Source: Antedon mediterranea
Lineage: Eukaryota > Animalia > Echinodermata
Assembly (NCBI RefSeq): GCF_964355755.1
Contig: NC_092672.1
Location: forward strand, 6,820,001-6,884,000
Direction of reading: 5' to 3'
DNA length: 64,000 nt
Numbering within the stretch: the first letter of the stretch is position 1; each line of letters opens with the position of its first letter. The notes beneath the pieces are model-generated. The model was not told where the DNA came from and did not search any database. It saw only the letters and a list, made by a program, of their open reading frames with translations. Positions 1 to 15,200 of the stretch are shown piece by piece. Position numbers and translations under genes: made by a program.

Positions 1-390
1 GCTATAAAATATGTTTTTGTAAATGAATGTATATACAGTAACAGTTTTTAAATATGTTTTTTTATACTTTTTTTTAAACAATTATGGTTTTAATGTTGTT
101 TATTCTGCAAAAGTTATTTAATGGATTTATTTTTTACAACAGGGTACGTACGGTGTAACAACTTCTTTTTTTATTAATTTTAACTTTATTTGTAACTCCT
201 TTTAAATGTTTACTTCTCATTGCACCTGGCTTGTTCTTATTTCTAATGTTTAATAATATATTTTAATAGTGTACAGTGTTTCAAAAATCGAAATTTACAG
301 TTCAAGTTTAAACTAGGTATGTAAAAAGAAATAGTTAAATAATAATGCATTTTATTCCTAAGGGACTTAAAATTAAATAGTAAAGTGTAA

Positions 391-507
391 TGTCTACACC
401 TTTAACTAGTTTGTCAAAAAAATATGGTAGCGATATGATGCCATGTCCCTATATGAGCACATCACAATTTTTGTCACATAAAGTTTGATAGTGTAGACAG
501 GGCTTTA
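391..507. mobile_element. Short MITE remnant
   Basis: Inverted ends TGTCTACAC...GTGTAGACAGGGCTTTA; a fragment of the same end occurs at ~11610. Confidence 0.5.
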
Positions 508-2671
508 GACAAATTATTTACGAGCGAATACATGTTTGCATTGTACTTTTATAAGCATGTATTTTATTTTAAATATCGTACATGCCCACATAATGCCGTA
601 ATGGCATCGCATTATTAAAAGCTAGTTTATTGCTAGTTATGATCATAATAATTTATATATGAATAATTTTTTTAAGATCTGAAATTTTAGTCGTGTAAAT
701 ACGCCTGTTTATAGAATATAATAGATGACTTTGATAATATTATGTCATATGTTCACTTAAATTATTCTTGACCAGTGTTTTAATTTGGTTTTTTTTTGTA
801 ACAGCGAGATAAAAATAGATTTTTCATAATCTGTATCTCACGATTTTTGTTAAAGACCATTTTGAGGTAGCGTTAATCCGCAAAAAATGATTTTCAATTA
901 ATTAAAATAATTTACGCACTGTCGTTTATGACGCATAGCTAGTAACCATGATTAGTTGTCTCCACTTTGGACGCAACGAAATGATGTATCGCGCACCGCA
1001 CGTAATTTAACCAATCACGATGCGCTGAATCAATCATCGTAACGCCACCATGCGCTATTTTTTATCCTCATGGCGCAACCATTTGTCCTTCAGGTCAAAG
1101 GTTAAACATCTCATTTATCTGTTAATTTAAATTATCTGATTTGAATATCGGTTATTATCGGTTAATTTTTCTCGAGTGATATCGGTTAACCCGTTTTCAC
1201 AGTAACTTTAACGGTTAATTATTGGTTAAGTAAGGACCACAATCCAAAACAAATATATTTCTACTTGATTGTGTATAATCCTGTATAAATATGTTGTTAA
1301 ATAAATAAATAAAATAATTATCGGTTAATTATCGATTACTTTTCTTTTATAAATATTTTAATACAGACTCATTATGTTATGTGTTTGGAGTCTTTTCGCG
1401 GATACAACGAATTAACCGCAACTCAAAAGTTTAATTAGTGCTGCTTTCACTACAGGTGGTTAATAGGTATTCAAGAAAACTGTTGATTTCTTATACTAAA
1501 CCTAATGTTTCAGGTACAGTCTCTCTTTGGGATGTGTCACTCACTGTTGTGCTACGCCAAATAACAAATTAATAACAATTGCATTTATGCTTTTCCTTTT
1601 TTCATCTGATATATAATGCTTTGAGAAATTGTCACCATCCTGATACAATGGTCATGGTAAGGCTAGATATTCCTACGCGAAAAGGTTCATTTCGGAGCTA
1701 CATTACCAAATCAAATTATGACAATGTTTTTAGTGACAATGCTCTATATTTTGTTTTTGTTCTTTGTTTTTGTTTTGTATGCGTTATATGACAATACTGT
1801 AACGTACAGTAACGAATAAAATAATTACCTTATTATTATGATGATACAGACAATCAGATGTGAAACACGTGTATTGCTGTGTTACGGAATTTGCCTACAA
1901 CACTGGAGAATATTGTATGTAAAGATACAGCACTAAAGAATCATCATAATAAAACCATTTTATCAATTACTTTTCCGTTAATGGTTACGTTGCTGTTGTC
2001 AACGTTTTCTTCCAATTTCGATAATAGAATGCCGCAACTCGAGTTTATTAAAAAGTAATATCATTTATATTTTTAAAAGCAATCAACTATGTATAAAATT
2101 AATACCACCATTCAGGATGTAGGTTGGATAGTAAACCTTTTATCGTAGTGTAAACATCAGTAAACTGGTTTGGGCCTAGAAGATCAATTCCTAATACATT
2201 ATGCTTCGTTATGAACGATTAACTATTCAGTGAGTTTTCTAAATTCTTCGGTATAAATAAGAGCTCACATTATGTTACAGTTGTTAAATATATACATACA
2301 GCTTGTAGTTGAAATAGTCACTGTGCTTCACAAACGCGACGTGTTCGCAATATTCCAGTATAGTTGTCTTTCATTGTATTCCAAACAACGTAGGCCTAGG
2401 CATACCATCGGTATGCCAGCTTTCAATCATCTTTGAGTTACTGGAGCTGCCAACTATTGTATAATTAACGTCTTAATATTTCTTGTGGTCAGAATAACAT
2501 ACATAGAACTATGCTAGATGTTTAATACAATTGAAACAATATATTTCACTAAATTGCAGTGCATACGTGTTAACAGCAATGTCAGAATTGTATTTAAACA
2601 TATTATTACCAATTCAAATTAGAAACAGGTGTGACGACCTTTTTTATTTGTTGGTAAATGTAAGATATTAA

Positions 2672-3238
2672 AATATGTATTGTCCCCAAACACACCATGA
2701 AAGATGAAGATTAATTAAATCAGATCAGGTTATTTTATAGTTTTAATAATGTTAATCCATTCTGTACAAAAAACCGGAAAAAACAAGATGGCACGTATCA
2801 TTTTAAATGTTGGTCCGAGGTCTCACATAGGTGCCAAAGAGCTTTCCGTTCTTGGGTTTCTTAATGTCAGCCTCAGAAATAAGTTTTTAAGATTAAATTA
2901 TGTTCACAAAATTCGCTATAACTTTAATACGCCTTCTTTCCTTAAGGATAACTTTTTGTTAATTTTTGATCATCATAACCATTTCACCAGGGGTACAACA
3001 TTTAATTCAATCAATCAATTCTCATATAAAATGACAAAATAAATGGTCAAATTCAACCAAGAACCCATTGGCTGGCAGCATATTTGACTATTTTGTTGCT
3101 TTAAATTACAGTTTTTTTCAGGTCAATAATTTTTTTAATTCAATTTTTGTTCAAAGTGAATCACTATTATGTGACATTAAAAGGGCATATTAAAAAAAAA
3201 AATACAAATTATTTTTTCAGTTGGACAATACTACGTCT
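2672..3238. mobile_element. Kolobok-like MITE copy with nested LINE 3' fragment (~2775-3005)
   Basis: Same termini and internal blocks as the other copies. The extra ~240 bp translates as NKMARIILNVGPRSHIG...HNHFTRG, resembling the C-terminus of L2/CR1-group ORF2. Confidence 0.65.
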
Positions 3239-5619
3239 TTAAGATAAGAATTAGAAAACACAATTATACTATCATATAGACTCTTTATTTACTGTATATT
3301 GATCTATAACTATTATTACAATAAAACAATACTTAAACCTAATGATATATACAAAATATGTCATATAAAAATATAACAATGGCAAGGTGCGTCATGGACA
3401 GAATTAGCCGATGGTAAAACAGTAAAACGACAATTGGGTCTTAATTTATTATCATAAAAACAGTATTACACAAACACAAACAGAGTTCATCATATAAAAA
3501 TAATTAAATACTAATTAAAATACGATAATGACTGAAATATATTTAGGCTTTGCGATTCTTAAATATAATACAACATTTAATGCTTTAAATCATACGTTGT
3601 AGGCCTATAGAGAAACGAACAGCAATCATGTTTGAAAATCATGAATTTCATTCATTATGGAACGCGATATCGCCGCTAATTGCTAAGAAATAAAAACAAA
3701 AATGTTATGCAGTATTCGGATCACGTGGAATTTTCAACAGCAGCGTTCAACGTTATGAGTGGTAGGCGCAAGCGCACGTCAAGTAATTTTAACCAATCGC
3801 GACGCAGTAGATCACCCGAACTGTTGCTTGTGATTGGTTAATTTTGAAGCGAACCAAGCTTAGGCAATTAGCCTAAAAGGGTAGGCCCATCAAAGACGGT
3901 ACATCTTGGTATTAAATAAACCTGCTGTCCGAACGAGACGCAGATACTCGTGATGACATGAAGCTACCCGATTTTAAGTGCACATGTGTCCAGTATCATA
4001 GGCAAATTCCATAATACAATATCACATGTTATACCTGTGTCGTGGAAGGTTAGGTTAAGGATTAGAGTATGTACAAACTACTTTGTATGCGTTTTACATA
4101 TAATGCTGTATCACAGAATTGTCCATGATATCTTGTACTAAGAGTCGTCTACAGGAAATAATATATTTTATAACGTAACAGTATTAATTCAAATGTTGCA
4201 TGTTTCATCGCCATCATTGAAGCTTAAATGAGTTTAAAATGTAATAGCAATATGATGATTAATAATTGTATATCATCAATCAGGATAAACTATCTTTATG
4301 CTAACCATTGTGTCAAAATTACGTTCTTACAGAAGCCAATATCTCTTACAAAGAACCATGAATAAGAAGAACGAACTAGTTGATCAAGATCGGTGAGAGG
4401 ATTGCCATCGATCTATTTCTATTATAAATTCCTACTAAACTCTAGCAAATTGCTAAATATAATTTCGTACATTACAGCAACAATTGAGTTGCTGAGTAAA
4501 TTGTGGATTGTATATTACATTGATGTATTAATATGTCTTTTAGGCTAACTGTTGATGAATAATCTATGGTTTTTATGGTATTTTAAGTCATAATACGTGC
4601 AGAAGTTCGATATTTTGTTATTATATTATTGTGCTTCTTTATATTAACTATAATCGCCGTCATTACACCGATAATCACTCACTATTCAATGAAAAGTGTA
4701 CTACGAGGGAAGATTGAACATTCTCAATTTAAACATAATCTGTTTATATATTATATAAGCATCATCATCATTATCATCGTCATCATCATCATCATCTAAC
4801 AAACAGAAATCATCATTGTTATACCATCGTCGTTTCGTTATATTGTCGTGTAAAAATATCTAAATTTTAATAAAATAAGTATGACACTTTTCATCTCACG
4901 AAGTGTCTACTAAGACTCAACAGGTATTGAATCTAAGCAACGTCCTGTCCATGCTCATATCGCTTTTTTTATACTATAGATATATCTACTGTCAGTATCT
5001 TGTTCAATGTATTCTATGTATGAAAGGCCGAAAAGGCATTATTCTCGATCTACTGGTATGCACAGTCAAATGCATGCCGGGCGAATGACGTTAGCGTCAC
5101 CAATAGTGACTGGAACAACTATTTATTATTACCTACCAGTACTCCATGCACTTTCGTTAATGAAAAATTTTCTTTTGTATTAATAATAATTATAAAAGAC
5201 CTATAATATTCCTTTATACGAAATACATTGCCAAAAACATTTCTTGTTTTATTATTATTCTAGTGATTATATAAATTAATCATCTGCCAGAATATATTTA
5301 TCGATTTGGTTTTGCAGAGCTGATAATAATAATAATTAATGTATACTTCGGCGCATCTTCTAATTTCAAGATTCAAATATTCTGTCTATTGTTATTATTT
5401 GAAAGTAATTATTCACTGTTGCTACCTTTTTTAACAAATAGAATAAATTATTAAACCTAAAAAAATGTAATAATAAACATATTTTTTAAGTGTTATGAGT
5501 ACTTTTATATGTTGATCTATGGTCGTTTTTTAGAATTATTATTTTTTCTTCATTATGAGAATGCTTCTATTTTTGTACAATTGTAGCACCAGATTTAAAG
5601 AATGGGTCTTGTTTCACAA

Positions 5620-6150
5620 TACTTGTTCTGCTTCACTGGTCACAACAGAAACGTTGGGTGGCGTTTAAATTGTGGTCGCAATTGTTTTGTAGCATCAGTT
5701 TTGCAGCAATGCATGTTTCACAATGTTTGTTCTGCTTCACTGGTCACAGCCAAAACAGTTGAACTGCGTTACGACATGATGATCGTAATTGTTTTATAGC
5801 ATAAGTTTTTCAGCACAAGTTCTGAAGCAGAGTGCCTGTATCACAATGTTTGTTCTGCTTCACTGGTCACAGCAAAAACAAAAGTTGAGCTGCGTTAACG
5901 TGGTGGTCGCAATTGTTTGTAGCATCAATTTTGCAGCAGTGTTTGTTTTACACTGTTTGTTCTGCTCCACTGGTCACAGCAAAAACAAAAGTTGAGCTGC
6001 GTTACTACGTGGTGGTCGCAATTGTTTGTAGCATCAATTTTGCAGCAGCAGTATTTGTTTTACACTGTTTGTTCTGCTTCACTGGTGTCAGCCGAAAAAG
6101 TTGAACTGTGTTAACTACATGGTGGCATGGTCGTTATTGTTTTGCATGCA
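5620..6150. repeat. ~105-120 bp tandem repeat, ~5 copies, just 3' of gene 1
   Basis: Core TTGTTCTGCT(T/C)CACTGGT recurs at ~5623, 5727, 5850, 5957 and 6069. Confidence 0.85.
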
Positions 6151-6234
6151 GAGAAGAGATTGACAAAAGTCAGGGTCGTTAAGTGTGGTCGCAAAATTAT
6201 TTGTACCCCTGTAGAGTCGAATGTGTGTGTAGGC

Positions 6235-9200
6235 TTAAGTGGAATCCTTGCCTTGGATAGTTAAACGAATTACTATGATGTCTAATGTTGCAATTATGGC
6301 TACAGAGAGTGCCACCAGTAGAAACACCCGGTCGAGAATGGCACCGATATCTTTCCATTCCATCAATATTAAAGTCTCCTCTGCGTCCTCTGTCATTCTC
6401 TTTGAAATTCCCTTTAACTCCTCTAAAATATCTTCCAGCTCTTTATTAACTATTCTACAGGTTCGATTTGATTGCGGGTTATTTTCCGTTCTATCATTTC
6501 CTTCTAAAAAATTAGTTTCCCGAAACTTTTTTCCATTCGGCTTACCATTGTCTGACGTGTCGGTTTTATTGTTGAAATTATTACTAGTGGTTCGAATAAC
6601 GTCAACTTTTGTGGTCATGCCATTTTCAAATGCGTAGTTTTCGTTACCGTTTCTTCTTGCTGCGTATGTGACTCCTCTGACAGAAGACGCACGTGGCGTG
6701 TAAAATACAATGCGAGCTACAGTTTTAAGCATCAAAATACGTAGCCAACTGGGTGCCCTTACACCGCCATTTTTATTATATACGTTTAGTATGAAGGCTG
6801 TAAATAATATAGAGAGGCATCCCATGCTGATAAGTATGGTAAAGTATCGACCTAAAAGAAACATAAAAAATGAACCATGTAGGCTAAACTTAAAGAGTAA
6901 ACAGTCTCTTAAATGTAACGAAAAAACAGCAGCCGCTTTGGTGTGAAGGTAATTTCTGTTGTAGTAAATAATATTAGTAAGATAATACGTATTGGAATAT
7001 ATACAATATTCGGGAATGAATTGGAAAACTTATGACTCATTTAGTATTGTAGAGCCTATAGGCCTATTAATGAGGCCTAAACATTTTTCTGGTGAGTATT
7101 ACATGACACTTATAGCTTCAATTTGACTTAATTTTAACTATTTAGACAAAATTCAGCCTATTCACACCATAGTTAGTACTTACTAAGTAACGGAGAACTG
7201 TCAGCACTTGGCGGTAATGTTTCGGCAATAAGTTGCTGGAAAAGAATAATTGCTAGAAGATTGGTTATAGCAAACGAAATCTTCTCGTCACATTCTGGAG
7301 GCAGATAGAACACCAACATCGTAACGAACGATAATAACACGCATGGAATCAAAATGTTACCCATGAAGAACTCTGGTCTTCGCTTTAAGATCAACGTGTA
7401 TTCCAGGCTTGGGTAAGGTTCTGGGCAGCAATTATATTTTGCGACATATCTCTCGCCAAGTACTGTCGACAACTCCCAGACTCCATTCTCGTCGAATTCT
7501 GTCTGTTCATTATGGGCACCGCCTGGAAAATCTAAGTTTAATTGCCAGCCATTGTACAGCCATGAGGCAAACTTTAAAGTGCAGTGTTGCTTGTCGAAAG
7601 GGAAATATTCTACATTCATCCGACAGAAGCTGGTGAGGATGGAGGGAGCTGCCTTGACAACCGTTCCGTCCGATTGTATTATGAAGTAAAGGCCTTCTTT
7701 GAGTCGCTCAAAATCTTTGTCAACACTGTAAACATTAAAGAAAACCATCTTAGTGTTTCATTACACACAAGTTTTTTTTTTGCGAACAAATGGGCTTTAC
7801 TTAAAGCTCAGGTACAGGCATGAATTTTAAATATAATATTTGGTTAATTGTACATAAATCAAATATTTGTAACAGAAATCGAGACGAAAAAACATGAATT
7901 TCCCTTAATATGGTCAAATACAAAATTTGGCAAAATTCTTCCATAAAAACCAGGAAGACTTTTTTCAGTAGTTAGGTAGTTAACCTAATGTAATAACATG
8001 CCTGGTGACTCCCTAGACGGTGAAAAAAGATGGTGGATATACGGTGGATAATTTTTGCTATAGCATGAAAATAAAAATCTGAAGTTGAATAAAAATATCA
8101 GAAATGTAATATTCAAGTTATATTACCTATATTTAGTCATCTGATAACATTTTTTACCACACCATTTATTTTTCATAGCTTTTTAAAATGCCTCTCTATT
8201 TACAAAATTTGTGTACAAAAGAATAGAGATTTTACTGTGTAATTTGAACTATCCCCCCACTGATAAGAAAGTGCTTATTTTCAACAAGCTCGTGTAACAC
8301 AAATAAAATCCCAAAAATTATGAAACATAGGGGAAACTATAGATCGATAATTATTGGAATGTATGATCAATAGAAATTTTTTGCCCGCACCTGGCCTTTA
8401 AAATCATGATGATAATTAAAAATGAAAATTGTATGATGGTGATTTAGATTGAATGTTAATGATGGCTGCTTTTCATGTATTTTAAGGATGATGATGATGA
8501 AGTTGTCAGAATAAATAATGCTGATAATAACGTGGTTGTGATTGGAACAAAGAAAAAGAATGTGATCTGTACGATTATGTAAGACGCAATGAATCATGTT
8601 AGGACATTAATAATTTGTTTGATTTATGAATGTATAATTAATATATAGGGCCTACTTGTTGTAAAGTGTTATGTCCGGTTCCCATAATGTCCCAGGCCGC
8701 ATGTGAACAGAGCTTATGTTGCCATAGTCAGACGCATTCCATGGAATAAGTTCGTCTTTCCATTCCTAAAATAGCAAAAGATTGACCACGTATTATATTA
8801 AATGCTTGCTGTTCAAATCTTATTGCATGTATTGCTCTTCTTTGTGGTCTAATCACACTAAAGTGTACTTAATGCCCTACGGGTATGTTACAACAATGCT
8901 CTTCGATTATTGTTAAGATTTCCAAGATACTGCAGTGCTAGTGACATTTATTTGTTATTAATGATGTCCCGTCATTTGGGAAATATCTAAGAAAATCTGT
9001 CTTTTCATTGTAACAGAGAATGTCAGCTGGCAAAAATGAAATGATAGAATGTATGATGATGTCATCATTTGAATCATCCAGGCTCCATATAACAAAATGA
9101 TGGAGATCCTGAGGTGATCTTTTCTATTTCTGTTTTCTCCATAGGGCGTTTCCAACTTTTCTAACTTTTTGAGCTCAAGTATTATACGTTTGAAACGCCG

Positions 9201-12200
9201 TATGTGCCAAAATATTTATCTTTTTACTATTATTAATACGAAACACAGTTTAGGCTAGACTATATGATACCTCACGACAGGAATCGACTGTTTCAATCAA
9301 TCAACTCATGTGCATTGTTCAGGTTTGTAAGCATTTGACTTGAACATTATAAAATAACCTATTAATTGTCGTTTAATATTTAGTTATCGTCGGGTTATGT
9401 TTAATTTTAAACTCTTTAATGGAGTGGATCAATCGCCCATTCCCCTTTATTGTTTATCGGCAAACATTCATGAAGCAGTAGCATGTATACTGTGTGCATC
9501 GTTATTGTAATATGATGCACACATTAACGAATAGATGGAAAAATCAATATTCAGTCTGCACCAATGTTGACAGAAAATGTAACTAATATTGGCAATACCA
9601 TTAAAAGTCTGAGCTACTATGTTGTAACTCTTACATAAACACATGTGATGATGTAGGGCGCAATGAATCGGAAGTTCGTGTCTGTCGTTTAGCTTAGTTA
9701 TTCTACTTCTTAACGGTAATTTCATCTAATTATTACTCTACTTGACTACAACAAATGAAAAGTCGACAAGCTAAAAATATTACATTTTATATAGAAATCG
9801 TCTAAGTTCAAATTTCAGTCTTAATCGACATTTGGTCAGTAGTCCAGTTCGGTCTAAAACGACATTTGACAAGTAGTTATAGGTATAAATAGACATTTGG
9901 CCTGTTGTAGAAAAAAAAATTGAAAGGTGAAAAATACGTGTTTTATAAGGATACCGTGCGTGACGTGTCCATGCCATTATTCCTCATGTATTCAACACGC
10001 ACACCGACCTTAATACTAACCGCGTCACTTGTAATTATAATGATTGGTTTATTTTGCCGGCGTCATTTGATAGCCAATAAGCGCTTGTGCATTGTATAGA
10101 TTTTTTTCTCAACTTAATAAATTTGTTCTTCGAAACAACAGACAAATTCGTTTATGCTTCATTTCATTAGTTCTTTACGAATTATATCAGTGAAACAATA
10201 TAATGCAGTAGGCCTAATTAACGCATTACTGTTTGTTTGTTTGTTTGTTTTATTAGTTTCTCCACACATTGTAAAATAAAAGATAAAAATTAACTGTATT
10301 ATTTCACTTATAGGCCTATACCGTAATTCGTAACCTTACTTTTTTAAACGAATTACTGAACTATTCAATCATCCAACTAGACTACAATAAGGAACGAAAT
10401 TGAATTACATGGATAATACAGACGATTTTGAGAGTCATCACTAACATTGTTAAAATGTTGTTAAAATGAATATACAGTAAAAAGATGGTTTGGCGCTCTT
10501 TTATACGGTAGCTTATGACTAAAATATAAACGTCAATTTTACTTTTTCATGGAAAAAAGCGGTTGTATGGCATTCGAGACGCCTACAATCAAGTTAATTC
10601 TGCGTTAATGATAACAACTTATCGGATTAAGAATGATACTACAATTAATGATCGATCCGAATTCTAAAGATTACAGAATGTCGTCACATCACGTGTACAA
10701 GTCCAAATTATATCCACTTTCGTCATAGATCACTCGAAAGATTCAAAACACAAATTAATGTTTCAAATCCCTACTCAAAACGCGTTTTATACCATTATAT
10801 TAGAAATTCGATTATCTATGTTTCGAGAATTACTATAATGAATTGATTTCTCGGAGCTCATTAGTAGGTGCTTTATAACTGTTCACGGGCGCCTGTTTTT
10901 GTTTTTTATTCATTAACGGAAGATTCGTAAACCATTGGCCTAGTGCGAGTAATTCTGAGTAGGAGTATATAATGCGGTACTGGCCTAGAAACAGAATCGT
11001 AAAACGTAATCAGTTTAATTTATTATAAAGAGTTAAGATCCATTCATCGAGGTGAATCATACTGAAGCTTGGTTACCACTATTATGGATAAAACACAAAG
11101 ACGTAAGCTGAACGCAAGTAATTTGACCAATCATAAGCGATGGATTATTCGAACCATCGCTTGTCATTGGTCAGCTCGCTTGGCGTTGCGCTTTTAGGTT
11201 CTTCTAGCTTTAGTAGTGAACTGTGTTGTGCTGTGGGATCGATTTTAACGCCTCTCCTCCAAAATACACAGGGCATATCGGTATCCATTTTCCGCGAAGA
11301 AGACGCTGTTCCTTTAAGTACGGACCTGGTAACACTTATCGTAACTGACAATTATGAAAGAAAGTCAGTGTTTATATTGTTGCAATATTTGACGAGCAGC
11401 CATTATATAACAAATCGATAGACAATTTAATCGCTCCGGTAACCACGAGGTTCAGACATCAACTATTCTAAATTACTAATATTATTATGTGTAAAGTTTA
11501 TAAAAAATCCAGCGAAGAAGACCGTGCATTGTTTTAATAGCATGTGAGCCGCCACTGTTATTCGGTAAACATTTTGCACCTATTCGCTAGCATTACTAAA
11601 ATACAAGGTATAAAGTTTGATAATGTAGACAGATATTTACAATTTTATATTTTAATGCGTATAATCCACATTAAGAATAAAACTAGGATCGATATTATTA
11701 TAATAACGGATTAACGAAAAACATTATACTAACCATTCTCATCCAACCACTGATTGTTAATTCCTGTCTTTTTTCTACCTATAAGACAAAAACAACCCGA
11801 GGGATTATTCGTAATATATTAATGATGCGTCGGTGGAATCATCGCACGAAGTGATTAATAGTAATACATTGAGCAAAGTGTATACACATACTACTGGATT
11901 TTCCCGTCGGTAATTAAACTGTAGGCCTAATACTGGTATATTGAGAAACCACCTGATACAAGAGCACTATCTGTGACAATAAATATCATGCAGTATTACG
12001 CCTTCTGGTATTAACTTTTATCCAATATGGACACATGTGCCTATTGATATGGCATGTGCTTGTGTATAATATAATTAATAATTCATAAAAATATAAGTAC
12101 CAGAATTTTTGGTATCCAATTTTGTTACATAGGCGGTCACCATTTTGAAAAAAATAATTTTAAGACATTCTACATAATTATCATCAAAAAAAGGTTTCAG

Positions 12201-15200
12201 TCAGAACTATGATGGTATAATATGTACATTGTATACCTTATATATATAACATTTGTTCCTAGTCTTATATTCACCAACCATATAATATAATATTTAATAA
12301 TAAATCCAACAATAAAGAGTTCAATTATAAATAATTAAATATGTTTTAAAATTCAGATATGATAATATAATCCTAAATCTAAAATTCTGCTTCTTCATTG
12401 TCGGAAAATAATGAGTTGCAAAGACGTTAGTAATATTAAATTAAAATATTTTGAGAGGTTATACTGTAATAATGGATTAAACTGTAATTAAGCGTTGTTA
12501 CTACTATAATAGAACCTAACGCAACCGACAAGCAATGCAACTAATTTGACCAATCACAGCAGACTGTTAATCCGAATGTCACTTGTGTGATTGGTCAAAT
12601 TACTTCGGTTGCCTATCGTCCTTGCGTTGTGTTGTTAGTACCAGCCACGCCTTTACTACGCAAAAGATATTTTGATAGAGGATGGCCAGTGCTAATTACA
12701 ACAATCCTAATTATTATTTATAATTTTAATTATTTGGCCAAAGTTTAATTTTAATATGCGTTGAGATTACACATTAGTTTAATCAAACTGTATATATTTA
12801 TAAAAATGTAAATTTCCCAATACCTTTTACTGACTAATTGTAATTACTCACCATTTGTATAACCTGCGTCACTAATATACGGAACGTAACGCTTACTGGT
12901 AAGGAGGAATTAAGGACAGGCCTAGCACTTGTCTCTGCTGCTTTTGATAAAGCCCTCTGCAATATTAAATCTTCCATGTTGACATTTTTACTTGACGAAT
13001 ATTCTGAAAAAAAGATTAACTTTGTGAGATTTTAGAGAGATTTCATACCAACAGGACTTTGAATGTTGGGTTTTTAGGCTATTCCAAAAGTAAATCCTCT
13101 GGCGATGATCCTTCTTCTGTGTTGGTGGATGATTAAGATGACGTCCATTTGGTTCAAGTTTGGCCTATCCTTTTACAAATCCAACGTAAAACTAACACTT
13201 ATATTAATTAGAAGATTTTTTAGTGTTTTCGGAAGTTGCTACATGGAAGTCCGTGATTCCGTTTTGAATCCCATGCAGTCACTTTTTCAAATTCCACACT
13301 ATTAGTATTGCTATCTTCAGTAATGCGGCATTAATTAATTAAGAAATAATTTATATAATGTCGTAGCAAAACACGCATTGTGTATTCATTACCTTAATGC
13401 AGTGATAACTTAAATAAGGGACGTTGTGTCTCCTAATGTCGGCAGCACTATTGTTATGTTGTTATACCTAATCTTGATTTACCTTGATTTTGTATTTCTA
13501 TATTGATGCAGTTGATTTATATGAACATACAATAGTAATGCCAACGATTGCCATTACGGCTACCTTGCAACGTTATGTATTTTTAAATTACTAGGCCTTT
13601 TTTCCATTGAACTTTTAGGCCTAATAGTAATATCCCAATATTACATGCCAAAGGAAACACGTTGAGTGTTGATTTGGTTTCAATTCATAGTTGACTGGTG
13701 GTTTGCCGGACCTATTGGGTTCTTTTCAATTCAATTCATTTGGTCAAACCAGGGAAGAATGAAATTTCAATCTTCCCTGGTAAAACCCATTCATGTGGCT
13801 CGACATTTGCCGTGCTTGTCACAGGTAATAAACACGAACACCATTATAAGTGGATTGTTTTTGTCGACGATGTTAATTTACATTTTTTTTAAAAATATCA
13901 TTGCAATCCTGCTCTTATTTAATTTGTTTCAATAACACTGTTCCAATTGTAGAGTATAATGCTAACATTTAAATCTCTAAATCTCTCTTAAAAATATGCC
14001 AGGAATACAGTGTTTTTAAATAACTTACGTTGTTTATTAAACACAGATATATTTCAATCAACTTAATAGGCTTAAATTGAAAATTAAGATGATCAGTTCA
14101 ATTTCTATATAGATCGGTCAATTGGAATTCTATTTTTGACAAAGCGATTATAATTAATGATAATCTGTGATCTATATTCAATGCTATTTCTGAATGATTT
14201 TGTTTTTTTTCATAAGATAATAATCAGAAACTAATAATTGTCTTTAAATGCTAACATAACAAATAAGAATTATGATTTCTTGATGTCAGACAACAGATGC
14301 TAATTATTGTTAGGCCTACTTCTAAATTCCTCAGTTCGTTTTGTTCAATAATTGATCTAAAATTCTGGTTTTGGTGGACTTAATCAATTTGTACTTGGTT
14401 ACCAAGTTACTGAGTTACTGGGTAAACAAGTTAAGCGTGGTTCACACTAGGACGCAACGTAACGCAACCTACGCAACGTAAGAAAATACCCTTTCAATAA
14501 TTGTGTTTTCTCCCGCCTACGTGAAATCAAACCTGTGATTTTTGCAGCACTATTGCGTCGTCGGTTCCCACTTGCGATTACGCAATGCATCACTTTGCGT
14601 CGATACGTCGCTGCGTTGCGACGCTAGTGACTAGCGACGCAACGCAAGGACGTAACGCAACGCAAGTGAATTGACCAATCACAAGCGATGGCTTATTCGC
14701 TTGTGATTGCTAACTGTCTATAACTTCGCTTGTCATTGGTTAAAACGCTTGCGTTGCGTTTACGTCCTTGCGTTACGTTCTAGTGGGAACCAAACTTTAC
14801 TATGGGTTACCAAGTTACTGGGTTACTTGGTTGGTTTACCAGATTACTGGGGGTTGCCTGGTTGGGTTACCAGATTACTGGGGGTTGCCTGGTTGGTTTA
14901 CCAGATTACTGGGGGTTGCCTGGTTGGGTTACCAGATTACTGGGGGTTGCCTGGTTGGTTTACCAGATTACTGGGGGTTGCCTGGTTGAGTTACCAGATT
15001 ACTGGGGATTGCCTGGTTGGGTTACCAGATAACTGGGGGTTGCCTGGTTGAGTTACCAGATTACTGGGGGTTGCCTGGTTGGTTTACCAGATTACTGGGG
15101 GTTGACTGGTTGGGTTACCAGATTACTGGGGGTTGCCTGGTTGGGTTACCAGATTACTGGGGGTTGCCTGGTTGGGTTACCAGATTACTGCACAAAAACC

